Origin: a virus
Direction: 5' to 3' (one strand)
IMG/VR virus record: IMGVR_UViG_3300017748_002932
DNA length: 5,907 nucleotides
Below the pieces are notes generated by a model. That model was not told where the DNA came from, did not search any database, and worked only from the letters and a program-made list of their open reading frames with translations. This document shows positions 5,703 to 5,907 of this stretch, piece after piece. Position 1 is the first letter of the stretch; the number at the start of each line of letters is the position of its first letter. Made by a program: the position numbers and the translations under genes.

Positions 5703-5861
5703 CTACAATATTAATTTTAATTGTTTATCTATTTTATCTTTTTTTTCTATTACTTGTATCCAATTTCCTCCTTTATATGGTTCTATTACTACTTCTACTT
5801 GATTACCTTCGTATCTTATATATCTTACTGTCCCTTTATTTGTTTTTTCTCCTATCTTCAT
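5703..5861 (-). CDS. Hypothetical 52-aa ORF absent from the ORF track (below its length cut-off), interrupted by the linearisation point
   Basis: Manual translation from the ATG (5861..5859) to TAG (5705..5703) gives MKIGEKTNKGTVRYIRYEGNQVEVVIEPYKGGNWIQVIEKKDKIDKQLKLIL. It is on the same strand as all other genes and fills an otherwise empty stretch between the VP4 end and the 155-nt intergenic region. The composition is protein-like. Codons 1-26 lie in the terminal repeat. Confidence 0.5.
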   Translation of the reverse strand: MKIGEKTNKGTVRYIRYEGNQVEVVIEPYKGGNWIQVIEKKDKIDKQLKLIL

Positions 5862-5907
5862 AATTTCTTAAACATCAAGCGCGATTTATCGCAAGGATTG
5901 TAGCCAC
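5785..5907. repeat. Right copy of the exact 123-nt terminal direct repeat
   Basis: Identical to 1..123. It runs to the last base of the window. Confidence 0.95.

Noticed and set aside
5703-5861. Resemblance of the 52-aa ORF segment GTVRYIRYEGNQVEVVIEP to the AbrB/SpoVT swapped-hairpin motif (GIVRKVDELGRVVIP).
   Set aside because: Only a handful of spaced identities match, a gap is needed, and the match is from memory. That is too weak to call a fold or a regulator function without a profile search or structure prediction.
267-5903. All plus-strand ORFs in the track: 267..593, 606..791, 674..883, 810..1019, 1451..1702, 1736..2032, 2447..2812, 3245..3445, 4196..4423, 4918..5121, 5348..5617 and 5721..5903.
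   Set aside because: Each lies antisense to a well-supported minus-strand gene or across intergenic sequence. Their translations are low-complexity F/L/Y/S/I strings. The plus strand as given is T-rich and A-poor, so stop codons are rare and long phantom frames arise easily. They overlap one another in several frames and show no motifs.
1-5907. A CRISPR array, transposase or IS element, integrase, toxin-antitoxin system or other defence system.
   Set aside because: There are no regularly spaced repeats and no ORFs with recombinase, transposase or nuclease motifs other than the HUH Rep. The genome is fully accounted for by a microvirus gene set plus small unknown ORFs.

Overview
The window is one complete, circularly permuted genome of a small ssDNA phage of the family Microviridae. 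It is shown as the complement of the coding strand. Bases 1..123 are identical to 5785..5907, so the unit genome is 5784 nt and the window closes on itself. All credible genes lie on the minus strand in a compact array. In transcription order they are: a 52-aa ORF that spans the junction, a 155-nt intergenic region, a stack of three small overlapping ORFs (87, 70 and 109 aa), the 699-aa major capsid protein VP1, a 119-aa ORF, a 138-nt intergenic region, a 60-aa ORF, the 326-aa DNA pilot protein VP2, and the 320-aa rolling-circle replication initiator VP4. The large VP1, its N-terminal motifs and the gene content resemble the gut-associated Alpavirinae-type (Bacteroidota-linked) microviruses more than the phiX174 group, but I cannot run the phylogeny needed to confirm this. 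The most interesting signal is a 28-nt dif-like (XerC/XerD-type) site in the largest intergenic region. In a genome with no integrase, this suggests lysogeny by hijacking host Xer recombination. Other points worth a second look are the three-frame overlapping ORF stack upstream of VP1, an untracked 52-aa ORF cut by the contig ends, GC-rich hairpin islands in all three intergenic regions of a visibly AT-rich genome, absence of Shine-Dalgarno motifs, and no recognisable lysis gene. All plus-strand ORFs in the track look like antisense artefacts.
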